Below are positions 28,937 through 38,541 of a stretch of DNA of 42,734 nt, piece by piece; position 1 is the stretch's first letter; the number at the start of each line of letters is the position of its first letter. Source of the stretch: Candidatus Bathyarchaeia archaeon (GTDB taxonomy: Archaea; Thermoproteota; Bathyarchaeia; Bathyarchaeales; Bathycorpusculaceae). Below the pieces are notes generated by a model, which ran no database searches, was not told where the DNA came from, and saw nothing but the letters and a program-made list of their open reading frames with translations. The DNA is taken from positions 1 to 42,734 of the forward strand of contig JBMFOB010000011.1 in the NCBI GenBank assembly GCA_049969855.1, given 5' to 3'. Made by a program: the position numbers and the translations under genes.

Positions 28937-29935
28937 TAAGAATCCATATTTTATTGGGTCATCTTTTTCTAAAATGCAGTGTTGCAGACCTATTATGTAA
29001 GCTTTTGCTGAAAGCTTTGGTATTATTGCTTTGTATCCGCCAACTTTGGTTTCTCTGCAGATTTCGCCAACCATTGTTAAGTCTGGATGAACGAGGCTCT
29101 CAACTGTTAGGCGATTTCCAGCTTTAAATTCTCCCTTAGCCCACAATGTAGCTAGTTTGGCACTGACGGAAGTTCCAGCTGGGGAAACGCATATTGTGTC
29201 AGAGTAAACATTTGCGTGTCTACAATTATGCGCAGATTTTATGGGTTTGGCTGAAAACGTTACAAGTTCGATTTTGTTCAACTCTGGATTTTCTGGATGG
29301 CAGACTTTGACTTGCTTGTTTGCAGCATTAAGTATTTTCATGCCAACTCGGATTAACTCTTTCGCATTTTCAGGTTTCACTTGTATGCCAATTTCATCTG
29401 GATTAACAAATACGTAGTAGAGTCCTCCAAAAGCTATGTCTACATTAATTTCGCCGATTTCTGGAACCTTAACTTTTTTTGATTCTTGGTAGAAGGATGG
29501 GACGCCTTCGAAGGATATTTCTTGAACCTCGCCATCTTTAACCTTTGCCTCTACTTTAACCAGTCCTGCAGCAGTGTCGAGATTCACTTCGGTTATGGGT
29601 TCCTTAACTTCAACCATGCCCTGCTCGATTAACACCTTGGTCACACTGAATGTGCTGTCTCCGCAAGAGTTGAAGTAGCCACCAGTATACGGAAAGACTA
29701 CTCCATAATCTGCCTTCGGATTGGCTGGTTCAGTAATTATAGCCCCCAATATGCCTGAAAAACCTCTAGGCTGCATCATTAGGGCTTTTCTCCAACTATC
29801 AAAGTGTTCTTGGCAATACTTCGTTTTCTCCCACATGGTTTTGCCCGGAATCCGAGGAAAGCCGCTTACAACAACTTTAGTTGTTTCTCCCGAAGAGTGG
29901 GTTTCAACAACCGTAATTGTTCTTTCAACTTTCAT
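28928..29935 (-). CDS. Proline racemase family protein with atypical active site
   Basis: HSSGE, PRG, SCGD (for MCGH), DIAFGG, HPENP, CVSPAGT (for DRSPCGT), DDPIKYGF. Confidence 0.85.
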   Translation of the reverse strand: MKVERTITVVETHSSGETTKVVVSGFPRIPGKTMWEKTKYCQEHFDSWRKALMMQPRGFSGILGAIITEPANPKADYGVVFPYTGGYFNSCGDSTFSVTKVLIEQGMVEVKEPITEVNLDTAAGLVKVEAKVKDGEVQEISFEGVPSFYQESKKVKVPEIGEINVDIAFGGLYYVFVNPDEIGIQVKPENAKELIRVGMKILNAANKQVKVCHPENPELNKIELVTFSAKPIKSAHNCRHANVYSDTICVSPAGTSVSAKLATLWAKGEFKAGNRLTVESLVHPDLTMVGEICRETKVGGYKAIIPKLSAKAYIIGLQHCILEKDDPIKYGFLLS

Positions 29936-29968
29936 AACCTCACCGAAGTAGCCTAAAACTTATTTCTT

Positions 29969-29984
29969 ATATAAAATTTTATAT
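29969..29984. promoter_or_regulatory. Perfect 16-bp AT palindrome / back-to-back TATA boxes of a divergent promoter
   Basis: ATATAAAATTTTATAT, centred in the 83-nt gap between the racemase-like gene and the AOR gene. Confidence 0.6.
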
Positions 29985-30018
29985 CCAGAAACCTTCGAAA
30001 AGGATGTGTGTGATTAAA

Positions 30019-31857
30019 ATGTATGGTTGGAATGGCAAAATATTACGAGTTAACCTTTCAAGGATGGAAGCAGCAGCACAAAATTACAATTTGGATTTCG
30101 CAAAAAAATACATGGGTGGAAGAGGTTTTGCAATAAAAATTCTATGGGATGAACTAAAGCCTGGAACCGAACCGTTAGGTCCAGAAAACAAACTGGTTAT
30201 AGCTGCAGGACCATTAACAGGACTTCCAGGTCCAAGTCTTGGCAAACTTGTTATAGCATCCAAAAGTCCACTAACTGGAGGCTACGGAGACGGAAACATC
30301 GGCACAATGGCTTCAGTGCATATGCGTAAAGCTGGAGTTGACGCCTTAGTAATAGAGGGAAAAGCCCAAAAACCAGTTTATCTTTACGTGGAAGAGGAGA
30401 AAGGCTACATTTTAAGCGCCGACGGCATATGGGGCAAAACAACCTTCGAAGCGGAAAAAGAACTCAAAGAAATTCATGGAAAAGACGTGGGAATACTTGC
30501 GATTGGTCCAGGCGGCGAGAATATGGTTAGATACGCCACAGTTATTTCACAGGAGGGAAGGGCTGGCGGAAGACCTGGAATGGGTGCAGTTATGGGTTCT
30601 AAAAAACTTAAGGCTGTTGTATTTAAGGGAACTAAGGAAATACCTTTAGCAGACCCTGAAGGCTATAAGAAGCTTGTAAGCGATGCTTATGCAGACATTA
30701 AATCTAGGGATTATTATGGCTTCTGGATTAGGCAGGGTACAATGGCAACTATAGACTGGGCTAACGAAAATAGCGTTTTACCCACCTACAACTTTAAGGA
30801 GGGAATTTTTGAATTCGGCAACATTATTAACGGTTACGCAATGGAAGCAGCGAAGATTAACCGCAGAGGATGCCCCTACTGCAACATGGCATGTGGAAAC
30901 GTGGTTCTTGACAGTGAAGGAAGAGAATCCGAACTTGACTACGAGAATGTCGCCATGCTTGGCTCAAACATTGGACTTGGACATCTAGGGAAAGTTTCCG
31001 TGCTAAATAGGATGGCAGACGAACTTGGCATAGACACAATATCTTTAGGCAACACAATAGCCTTCGCCATGGAAGCCACAGAGAAGGGACTACTCAAAGA
31101 CGGAATAGAATGGGGAAACTTCGAAAAGATAAAAACGCTAATCCAAGACATTGCATACCGCAAAGGAGAAATCGGAGACTTATTGGCAGAAGGCGTCATG
31201 AGAGTAAGCCAAAAACTCGGCGGAAACTCCCAAAACTGGGCAATACACGTTAAAGGACTTGAAGCTTCAGCCTACGATTGCCACACTGTTCCAGGAATGG
31301 CCCTAGCTTTCGCAACATCCTCTATAGGCGCCCACCACAAGGAAGCATGGGTTATATCATGGGAAATAAAAACCGATAGAGCCGGATATACGGAAGCCAA
31401 AGTGGACAAAGTCATAGAATTTCAACGCATAAGGGGAGGAATGTTTGAATCTCTAGTGGCATGTAGACTTCCATGGATAGAATTGGGCTTCGACCTTGAA
31501 TGGTATCCAAGACTGTTAAAAGCAGCCACTGGAATAGAAATTCCACTATACGAAATGCTTTACATGTTAGCTGACAGAATATACGCCCTAATAAGAGCCT
31601 TCTGGATGCGCGAACACGGCAAAGAATGGAGCCGCTTAATGGATTATCCGCCAGCACGATGGTTCACAGAACCAATAACCAAAGGACCACAAAAGGGCAC
31701 AGCCCTTGACAAAACAAAATTTGACACACTATTGGATATGTATTATGTCAAACGCGGATGGGACAAAAGAGGGATACCAACGCAAACTATGCTGGAAAAA
31801 CTTGGATTAAAAGACGTGGCAGAGCAGCTTTCAAGAAGCATAGCGTTGACTCCGTGA
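30019..31857 (+). CDS. aor: Tungsten-containing aldehyde:ferredoxin oxidoreductase family protein
   Basis: [60 protein letters not shown]. Start placed at MYGW. Confidence 0.92.
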   Translation: MYGWNGKILRVNLSRMEAAAQNYNLDFAKKYMGGRGFAIKILWDELKPGTEPLGPENKLVIAAGPLTGLPGPSLGKLVIASKSPLTGGYGDGNIGTMASVHMRKAGVDALVIEGKAQKPVYLYVEEEKGYILSADGIWGKTTFEAEKELKEIHGKDVGILAIGPGGENMVRYATVISQEGRAGGRPGMGAVMGSKKLKAVVFKGTKEIPLADPEGYKKLVSDAYADIKSRDYYGFWIRQGTMATIDWANENSVLPTYNFKEGIFEFGNIINGYAMEAAKINRRGCPYCNMACGNVVLDSEGRESELDYENVAMLGSNIGLGHLGKVSVLNRMADELGIDTISLGNTIAFAMEATEKGLLKDGIEWGNFEKIKTLIQDIAYRKGEIGDLLAEGVMRVSQKLGGNSQNWAIHVKGLEASAYDCHTVPGMALAFATSSIGAHHKEAWVISWEIKTDRAGYTEAKVDKVIEFQRIRGGMFESLVACRLPWIELGFDLEWYPRLLKAATGIEIPLYEMLYMLADRIYALIRAFWMREHGKEWSRLMDYPPARWFTEPITKGPQKGTALDKTKFDTLLDMYYVKRGWDKRGIPTQTMLEKLGLKDVAEQLSRSIALTP

Positions 31858-31934
31858 ATATTCCTCAAAAATTAACAAATCAACCATTTTATTTTTTAAC
31901 TAATTTTTATGTAAAAATGATGAGTCGGACAAGG

Positions 31935-32840
31935 TCATTTGAACATTTTAAATAATGGGTGATCTTTCGTTAGCGGTCTTGTTCTAAATTCTTGCATTAC
32001 AGAATAAGCAACGTAAGCATCAGCTAACCCACAGTAAAAGTATGCGTAGGTTGCGTTCTCAACAGGTCCATATAAAACGAAGTTGGCTCCAACAGTTATC
32101 GGAAAAATGTTGGCTACGCTGCTTGCAAGCAAATATTCTGTTCTATCAAGCTTGCGTCTATCATTCCACCTTTCAACTGCATTATGCGTTCCAGCCCCCG
32201 CAGGCAACCCATACTTTTCCTTAACCAAGTATATGGCTCTACTAACAGGTCCAGGATCTGGCAAGTCAAGAACTGTTGTGTCTACCAGAATGTTTTCTAT
32301 GCCTGCTTTCTGGGCTATGGCTAAAAGCTCATCGAGGACTTGTAATCTTCCAGAAATTGTGGGGTTTTTGGTGTTAAGTGTCAAAAGTATTGCGGATTTA
32401 ATTTTAGCCTCTTTAATCGCTAAGATTTCCTCCTCTTTAACATGCGGCGTTATAGAATTATAAATCACCCTTTGAGATGCGCCTATTTCCATAGCATGTT
32501 TTGCCCCAGCAATTCTCACTTCAGCTGTTGCTCCATCTACGGCAAAGGGTCCCTTTATTGCGTCTGCCACAAAGTCTATGAATTTTCCGAAAGCCTCAGG
32601 CCATGAACAGCAAACATCAACTATACTTGGATTCCCAGTTTTTTCCGATATTTCATGTTCCTTCTTTAGCAGTTCCTCAGCTTTTTCTTTATCAAACTCG
32701 CCTTTTTTCTCATCCCTTACTATTTTATGCTTATGATAGAATATGCTTCCAATCATTGCCGTGGGAAGCTGACCCGGTTGTCCTCCAACTTTTACACCCG
32801 CAATATCGAAAATTTTCTGTTCCTTCTCAAACTTGAACAT
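31935..32840 (-). CDS. mtrH: Stand-alone MtrH-like methyl-corrinoid:pterin methyltransferase
   Basis: MFKFEKEQKIFDIAGVKVGGQPG..PT, GSIFY, YNSI, GAGTHN, LYGPVENA, HPL; no other mtr subunit genes nearby. Confidence 0.88.
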   Translation of the reverse strand: MFKFEKEQKIFDIAGVKVGGQPGQLPTAMIGSIFYHKHKIVRDEKKGEFDKEKAEELLKKEHEISEKTGNPSIVDVCCSWPEAFGKFIDFVADAIKGPFAVDGATAEVRIAGAKHAMEIGASQRVIYNSITPHVKEEEILAIKEAKIKSAILLTLNTKNPTISGRLQVLDELLAIAQKAGIENILVDTTVLDLPDPGPVSRAIYLVKEKYGLPAGAGTHNAVERWNDRRKLDRTEYLLASSVANIFPITVGANFVLYGPVENATYAYFYCGLADAYVAYSVMQEFRTRPLTKDHPLFKMFK

Positions 32841-32842
32841 TC

Positions 32843-34735
32843 CTAAGCACTCCTTAGAACATTCATTAACGATGAAAATTTATTTAAATCTTGATGTGGA
32901 ATTAACGTTGCCTTCAAAAATTCCTCGTTGAAATTCGGATCTGCAGCTAACTCTAAGTAGCGCACTTTTTTTGATATTTTATCAGCCTTTTTTCTGGCAT
33001 CTTCAGAAATTAGAGCCATTTTGGCGCCTACTATGGCAGCATTGCCTATAAATTCAACTTTCTCTACTGGAACATCTGGTATTAAGCCAATAATCCTTGC
33101 ATTTTCAGGGTTTATGTAGTTTCCAAAGGCTCCTGCAATAAAGACTTTGTTTATGTCCTTCTCTTTCAGTTTCTTCCTCCTCATCAGAATGGAACATCCC
33201 GTGTATATGGCTGCTTTTGCAAGTTGTATTTCCCTAATGTCCTTTTGTGTTACTGTAATTTCCTCTCCTGTTTTTGTTTCATGTCCCCAAGCAATAACGA
33301 ATTCCACTTCACCGTTGCGTTCTCTTAACTTTCGAGTTTTTATATTATGATTAATTTTTCCTCTGGAATCTATTATTTTATGCTTGAACATTTCCGCAAT
33401 TATGTCAATCATGGCTGATCCGCATAGTCCAGCAGGTTTTTCATTTCCTACCGTTTCGTATTTAACCTCAAAATTTGAGTTCATTTTGACCTTCTCTATT
33501 GCGCCAGTTACAGCTTTCATTCCATGCTTAATATGGAAGCCTTCAAATGCTGGACCGGAAGCGCATGAGCATGAAAGCATATCTTTTGAACTGCCAAGAA
33601 AAATTTCCGTGTTTGTTCCTATGTCAATTAACAGAGAAACATCCTCTGAATCGCATATTCCAGATGCTAAAACATCTGCAACAGCATCAGCTCCAACAAA
33701 TCCAGCAATAACTGGTAAAACTGTTATGATTCCAGAAGGATTTATGTTGACGCTTAATTCGCAAGCTTTAACATTTATCTGCTTTTTTATGGCTGGCGTA
33801 AAAGGCGACAAAGCCATGTATTTTGGCTGAATCCCAAGAAACAAGTGATGCATGGCAGTGTTGCCCACAACCACGACTTCGTATATTTTGTTTGAATCTA
33901 TTTTCCTTCTTCCACATATCGCATTTATAATTTTGTTTAAAGCATCCACAACGATGTTCTGCAGCGTTCTTAAATTTTCAGAATTTGCCGTTGCAAAAGT
34001 TATTCTTGTTATTATATCTTCTCCGTAGGCAAGTTGTGGGTTCTCTAAGGATTCTACATCTAAAGTTTCGCCAGTCGCCAAATTCACCAAGTAACCAACA
34101 ATCTTTGAGGTTCCTATATCTATGGCTAAACCGAAAAATTCCTTTGTTGTATCTCCAGGTTCCACAGAGATTATTTTGCGTCCACCCCAAATGGTTATGG
34201 TTGTCTTGAAATTTGAATGACGAAGAATGCTTGGAAGCCTCTTTAGAACGTCATAATCTATCTCCACATGATTAAACTTGATTATCTGCGACAGTTCATC
34301 AATAAGCCTTTCATAGTCTGGTCTTATATCATGCAGTGTGGGTTTTTGAAGGGCAACGTAAATTTTTTTCACGGTTGGTTTTGGTTCCAAAAATCTTTCT
34401 ATTCCAGCGGTTTGAATTTTTCGAAATTCCAAACTACTTTCAGGCGGAATTATAATCACAGTATCCTTCAACACTTTAGTTTGACAAGCCAACCTATAAC
34501 CATGGTCAATTTCAGATTTAGACAAATGTTTCTTTTCAGGCTCCGTTAGTTCACTTAAGTCTTCTGGTTTTTTAATGATTATTCTGCATTTTCCACACAA
34601 ACCTTTTCCGCCACATTCGGATCTGAGACTAATGCCCGCATCTTTAACTGCTTGGAAAACCGTGATTCCTTTGGGCACTTGAACTTTTCTTGCTTCAGGC
34701 TCAAATAGAATTTTTACATTTTCACGTAAAGCCAT
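32843..34735 (-). CDS. Reductive activator of corrinoid enzymes (RACE; ASKHA ATPase with N-terminal 2Fe-2S ferredoxin)
   Basis: CGGKGLCGKC...RLAC, DIGTS, GNTAMHH, FVGAD, DIGTNTE, SCASGPAFEG, QLAKAAI, AGAFG. Confidence 0.92.
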   Translation of the reverse strand: MALRENVKILFEPEARKVQVPKGITVFQAVKDAGISLRSECGGKGLCGKCRIIIKKPEDLSELTEPEKKHLSKSEIDHGYRLACQTKVLKDTVIIIPPESSLEFRKIQTAGIERFLEPKPTVKKIYVALQKPTLHDIRPDYERLIDELSQIIKFNHVEIDYDVLKRLPSILRHSNFKTTITIWGGRKIISVEPGDTTKEFFGLAIDIGTSKIVGYLVNLATGETLDVESLENPQLAYGEDIITRITFATANSENLRTLQNIVVDALNKIINAICGRRKIDSNKIYEVVVVGNTAMHHLFLGIQPKYMALSPFTPAIKKQINVKACELSVNINPSGIITVLPVIAGFVGADAVADVLASGICDSEDVSLLIDIGTNTEIFLGSSKDMLSCSCASGPAFEGFHIKHGMKAVTGAIEKVKMNSNFEVKYETVGNEKPAGLCGSAMIDIIAEMFKHKIIDSRGKINHNIKTRKLRERNGEVEFVIAWGHETKTGEEITVTQKDIREIQLAKAAIYTGCSILMRRKKLKEKDINKVFIAGAFGNYINPENARIIGLIPDVPVEKVEFIGNAAIVGAKMALISEDARKKADKISKKVRYLELAADPNFNEEFLKATLIPHQDLNKFSSLMNVLRSA

Positions 34736-34775
34736 TTTTATTGCCTATCCAGAAACAATTACGGCTATGAGACTT

Positions 34776-36212
34776 TTAGTGTTTCTTCTTAATGTCCTCC
34801 ATGACCCGTTCAAGATCTTCTTGAACATCTTTTGGTAGGGGTTCAGGCTCATGTTCTTTTAATTTTCTCTCAACGATTTCGTGTGCTCGTTTAACAATAT
34901 CCTTTTTTCCAGAATCTTTCCAAACATTCCATTCCTTTCTGTCAATAACTTCAGATGGTATAAATTGTTCTTTTCTAATCCATTCCAAAGTGTGCTTCTC
35001 CGCTAAATATACTCCGCCAGGTCCCACCTTTCTTATTAAGTCAAAAGCAAGCGTTTCATCTTCAACCCTTACACCCTTCGCAAGTCTTAATGCAATGCCG
35101 CAAATTTCATTGTCGACAACAAGTTTTTCTAAGCTTTGACAGTTTTCAAAATCTAACATTCCAGGTCCCGATATCACGTTTATTCCTGCAAGCGCTCCTA
35201 AAACTATGCCAATCCCAGATTCAAAACCACACTGGGCATCAATAATTTTTGCATCGCTAAGCCCAATATACATGTGGGTTGGCAATCCATAACTTTTTGC
35301 AATTTGAGTATACGCGCAACCAAGCATCATAGCTTCTATCGCCCCAAGACAAGCCGTGGCATATCTCTGGTCTAAGACTGTTGGCGAACCACCATAAATC
35401 ACCGGCGCACCAGGGTTTGTCAACTGAACCATTACTAAGCCGCTTAAAAATTCAGCGTTATGTTGAACGAGGGATCCAGCTATTGTTGCAGGACCCGTTG
35501 CGCCTAATTGAGGTACTGGAATAATCTCAGCGGGCAGGCGGAACTTGGCGCAGTCAATTAGATTTTGAGCGTCAAGTTCACTCCATTTCAATGGAGCAGA
35601 GGGGCAAACGTCAAATATTGCCATGGGTTTTCTGGCTAACTCTTTTTCTCCGCCAACGACGACTTCAAGCATCCGCTTCATATCGTAAAGCCCATCAACG
35701 CTAAAAGCGCCTGTGATTATCGTTTTTGAAGAATTTTTCAGGACTATGTAAAGGCGGTATCGGTCAACAATTGTTTGTGGAACGTCAGAGACAACTAAAG
35801 CTGTGCTTTGAGCATGGATATAATCAAGAGCGTCAGTCAATCTGACCAGTTCTGCTAAATCTTTTGAAACTGGTTTTCTAATCTCGTTTTTTTCGTAATC
35901 CAAAATGTATAGCGCTGATGAGCCTGGATTGAAAGTAACTTTATCTCCTTCCAGAGTTCTGTCATGCTTTTTGTTTCGACCGTAAAGCTTGATTGTTGAT
36001 GGAGCCTTAGACAAAGCTTCTTTAACCAAATATTGTGGGATGTAGGCGAGTTTCTTGTCAAAGTCAACTTCGGCTCCACCGTCAGCAAGCAATTTCAACG
36101 CAGCTTCACTGTATATTTTTACGCCAACCTCTTCCAAAATTCTCATGGAAGCAAGATGGATGGATTCAATTTGCTCCTCAGACAATGGCTTAAACTGTGA
36201 AGATTTGGACAT
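34776..36212 (-). CDS. mttB: MttB superfamily methyltransferase 2, non-pyrrolysine
   Basis: PSAPL, GATGPATIAG, SDAKIIDAQCGFE, GPGMLDFE, DNEI, KVGPGG. Confidence 0.9.
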   Translation of the reverse strand: MSKSSQFKPLSEEQIESIHLASMRILEEVGVKIYSEAALKLLADGGAEVDFDKKLAYIPQYLVKEALSKAPSTIKLYGRNKKHDRTLEGDKVTFNPGSSALYILDYEKNEIRKPVSKDLAELVRLTDALDYIHAQSTALVVSDVPQTIVDRYRLYIVLKNSSKTIITGAFSVDGLYDMKRMLEVVVGGEKELARKPMAIFDVCPSAPLKWSELDAQNLIDCAKFRLPAEIIPVPQLGATGPATIAGSLVQHNAEFLSGLVMVQLTNPGAPVIYGGSPTVLDQRYATACLGAIEAMMLGCAYTQIAKSYGLPTHMYIGLSDAKIIDAQCGFESGIGIVLGALAGINVISGPGMLDFENCQSLEKLVVDNEICGIALRLAKGVRVEDETLAFDLIRKVGPGGVYLAEKHTLEWIRKEQFIPSEVIDRKEWNVWKDSGKKDIVKRAHEIVERKLKEHEPEPLPKDVQEDLERVMEDIKKKH

Positions 36213-36262
36213 AAAGTTCCTCCTTTTGAACTTCTTAACAAGCGAAGTTTTTAATAAGCTTT

Positions 36263-37723
36263 TTAGTGCTCAACTAAATCTTTTTTCGCTATTTCAATTA
36301 TGTTTTTAATCTCTTTTTGAACTTCAACTTCTAAGGGTTGGACTTGGTGTCTTTGAAGGATTATTTTGACTTTTTCCCTCGCCATCTTCACTATGTCTTT
36401 TGCGCCGTCCCTAAGCCATGTTTCAAAGGATCGCCTATCGGTTAATTGTGGAATGAAATGTTCCTTTCGTATATGCTCAAGAGTGTGCCTCTCACCTAGG
36501 AAATTACCGCCAGGACCAACCTTACGAATAACGTTAAGAGCTAATGTATCATTGCTAACTTCTATTCCTTGAGCAATTCGAAAAATTATTCTCACAATCT
36601 CGGCGTCAATTAAAATCTCTTCAAACGCAAGGGTTGTACAGTCATCCAGCAACCCTATCCCAGCAATCATGCCGCAGCCAGATAAAACTGGCGGAAAACC
36701 ACTTGTAAACTTCTCATAACAGGCTTGTGCTCCAGGAGCCTTTGCCGTCGAAACAAAACCCCCTACAATAGAAGGCATACCATAATACCTTGCCAGTTCA
36801 CCAGCAGCAGCACCAGTCAGTCCATGTTCAGGACCGCCTCCGGCGCGTTTTAAAGTTCTCATATCAAAAGCCGCAATGCCTGCACCATAAACAACCGATG
36901 CGCCAGGGCATGCAAGTTGAGTGATTACAAGACAACCCAGCACTTCCGCGTTATTCACAACCATGGAACCCGCCAGCGTCGCAGGACCCGTTGCTCCAAG
37001 TTGGGGCATTCCAAAAAACATCACTGGAACGCCAGCTTTTGAAAATTCTAAGGCGGCTTCCATACTGTTTCCATCCATCTGGAGAGGCGCACTTGTACAA
37101 TGCAGTGAAGAAATTATTGGTTTTTTCCTTAGTTTCTTTTCGCCCCCGACAACCACTGAAGCCATTTCTATCTGATATCTGGCTTCTTTAGACGACATGG
37201 TGGTTTCGAAGGTTACATGCTTCTCCGTGTTAGACAAAGATGCCTCAAGATCGTGGAGGTGCCGAACATGTGCTGGATAATCCTGTGCGCTCACCAAGGG
37301 CCAATATATGTCCACAACGTCAATGGCGTCTGAGATTATGGCTGATTTGGCTATATCCTCTTTTGTTGAGGCTCTTCGTTCTCCAGTTTCCATGTCAATT
37401 GTTTGGGTTCCGTTTCCATCAGTTGTTATATAGACGTGCCTTTGATCCAGGTTCACGTCATATTTTGGGTTTCGAGCGCACAGGGTTATGCTCTTTCGAT
37501 TCTTTCTTAAGGCTTCTTCAACAAGGTAGGAAGGCATTAACGCTACTTGGTTTTTATAGTCAACTTCGCAGTCTCCTTCTTCTAAAATTGTGAGACATTT
37601 TTTGCTGTTTATTTTGAAGCCTGTTGTTGCCAAAACTTCAAGGGTGGTTTGGTGAATTGCCTCTAAATCTTCTTTTGATAACACGGAGAAGGTTATTCTT
37701 TGGTTTTCCCTAGAGAAGCCCAT
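36263..37723 (-). CDS. mttB: MttB superfamily methyltransferase 3, non-pyrrolysine
   Basis: ARNPKYD, TSAPL, GATGPATLAG, GGPE, AQACYEK, GIGLLD, KVGPGGNFLGERHT. Confidence 0.9.
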   Translation of the reverse strand: MGFSRENQRITFSVLSKEDLEAIHQTTLEVLATTGFKINSKKCLTILEEGDCEVDYKNQVALMPSYLVEEALRKNRKSITLCARNPKYDVNLDQRHVYITTDGNGTQTIDMETGERRASTKEDIAKSAIISDAIDVVDIYWPLVSAQDYPAHVRHLHDLEASLSNTEKHVTFETTMSSKEARYQIEMASVVVGGEKKLRKKPIISSLHCTSAPLQMDGNSMEAALEFSKAGVPVMFFGMPQLGATGPATLAGSMVVNNAEVLGCLVITQLACPGASVVYGAGIAAFDMRTLKRAGGGPEHGLTGAAAGELARYYGMPSIVGGFVSTAKAPGAQACYEKFTSGFPPVLSGCGMIAGIGLLDDCTTLAFEEILIDAEIVRIIFRIAQGIEVSNDTLALNVIRKVGPGGNFLGERHTLEHIRKEHFIPQLTDRRSFETWLRDGAKDIVKMAREKVKIILQRHQVQPLEVEVQKEIKNIIEIAKKDLVEH

Positions 37724-37766
37724 TTTAAGAGTTTACCCCAGTCCACTGCGTATAACAATTTTTGAC

Positions 37767-38417
37767 TTAGGAAGCTTCAACTAGTTTCTTTGCAACTTCA
37801 ACAGCTTCTATTGCGTCTCCGCCATGTCCATCAGCGCCTATTTCTTCAGCCCATTTCTTGGATGTTGGCGCTCCGCCGATTATCACTTTAACTTTTTCTC
37901 TTAATCCTTCACGTTTAAGCGCATCTATGACATCTGCCATTTTAGCCATTGTTGTTGTCATTAGGGCAGACATGCCGACTATTTCTGGTTTAACCTCCTT
38001 AATTTTCTCGACGAATTTTTCGGTTGGTACATCAACGCCTATGTCGATCACTTCAAAACCTGCCACCATGAGTAGAGTGCCCACAATGTTTTTTCCAATG
38101 TCATGGATATCTCCTTCCACAGTGCCTATAAGAACTTTGCCCAAAGTTTTCTTCTCTCTAGTGCTTTTCAGTATTGCTGGTTCTAACACCTTCAAAGCTT
38201 GCTTCATGGCTTCTGCTGCTATTACAAGCTCTGTCAAAAAAGCTTCCCCTGCACCGAAACGTTCCCCAACAATTCTTACTCCCTTAGCTAAACCGCCTTC
38301 AATAGCTTCAACAGGGTCCACGCCTTTTTGAAGGGCTTCTTCAGCAGCCTTCACAGCTGCTTCTGGATCATAATTTAGGACGGCGTTCGTTAGTTTGTTT
38401 AAAACTTCTTCTTTCAT
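37767..38417 (-). CDS. mttC: Methyltransferase cognate corrinoid protein 2
   Basis: FLTELVIAA, GTVEGDIHDIGKN, SALMTTT, IGGAP. Start moved to MKEEV, with GGGTGA RBS upstream. Confidence 0.9.
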   Translation of the reverse strand: MKEEVLNKLTNAVLNYDPEAAVKAAEEALQKGVDPVEAIEGGLAKGVRIVGERFGAGEAFLTELVIAAEAMKQALKVLEPAILKSTREKKTLGKVLIGTVEGDIHDIGKNIVGTLLMVAGFEVIDIGVDVPTEKFVEKIKEVKPEIVGMSALMTTTMAKMADVIDALKREGLREKVKVIIGGAPTSKKWAEEIGADGHGGDAIEAVEVAKKLVEAS

Positions 38418-38541
38418 TAATTCACCCGCATTTTCCAAACTACTTGGATTATATATAAATTTATTGAGAACATTTAGGTATCAATTTTCATAAAAAAATA
38501 AATATGTTAAGGCATAGTAATAGTTCTGAAGTGCAACAACA

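Noticed and set aside
25667-37723. Pyrrolysine recoding in mttB genes
   Set aside because: All three are full-length open frames with no in-frame TAG, and no pyl genes are present in the window.
31935-38417. Evidence of methanogenesis
   Set aside because: No mcr, mtrA-G or MtaA/MtbA-type CoM methyltransferase in the window; it cannot be claimed from this sequence.
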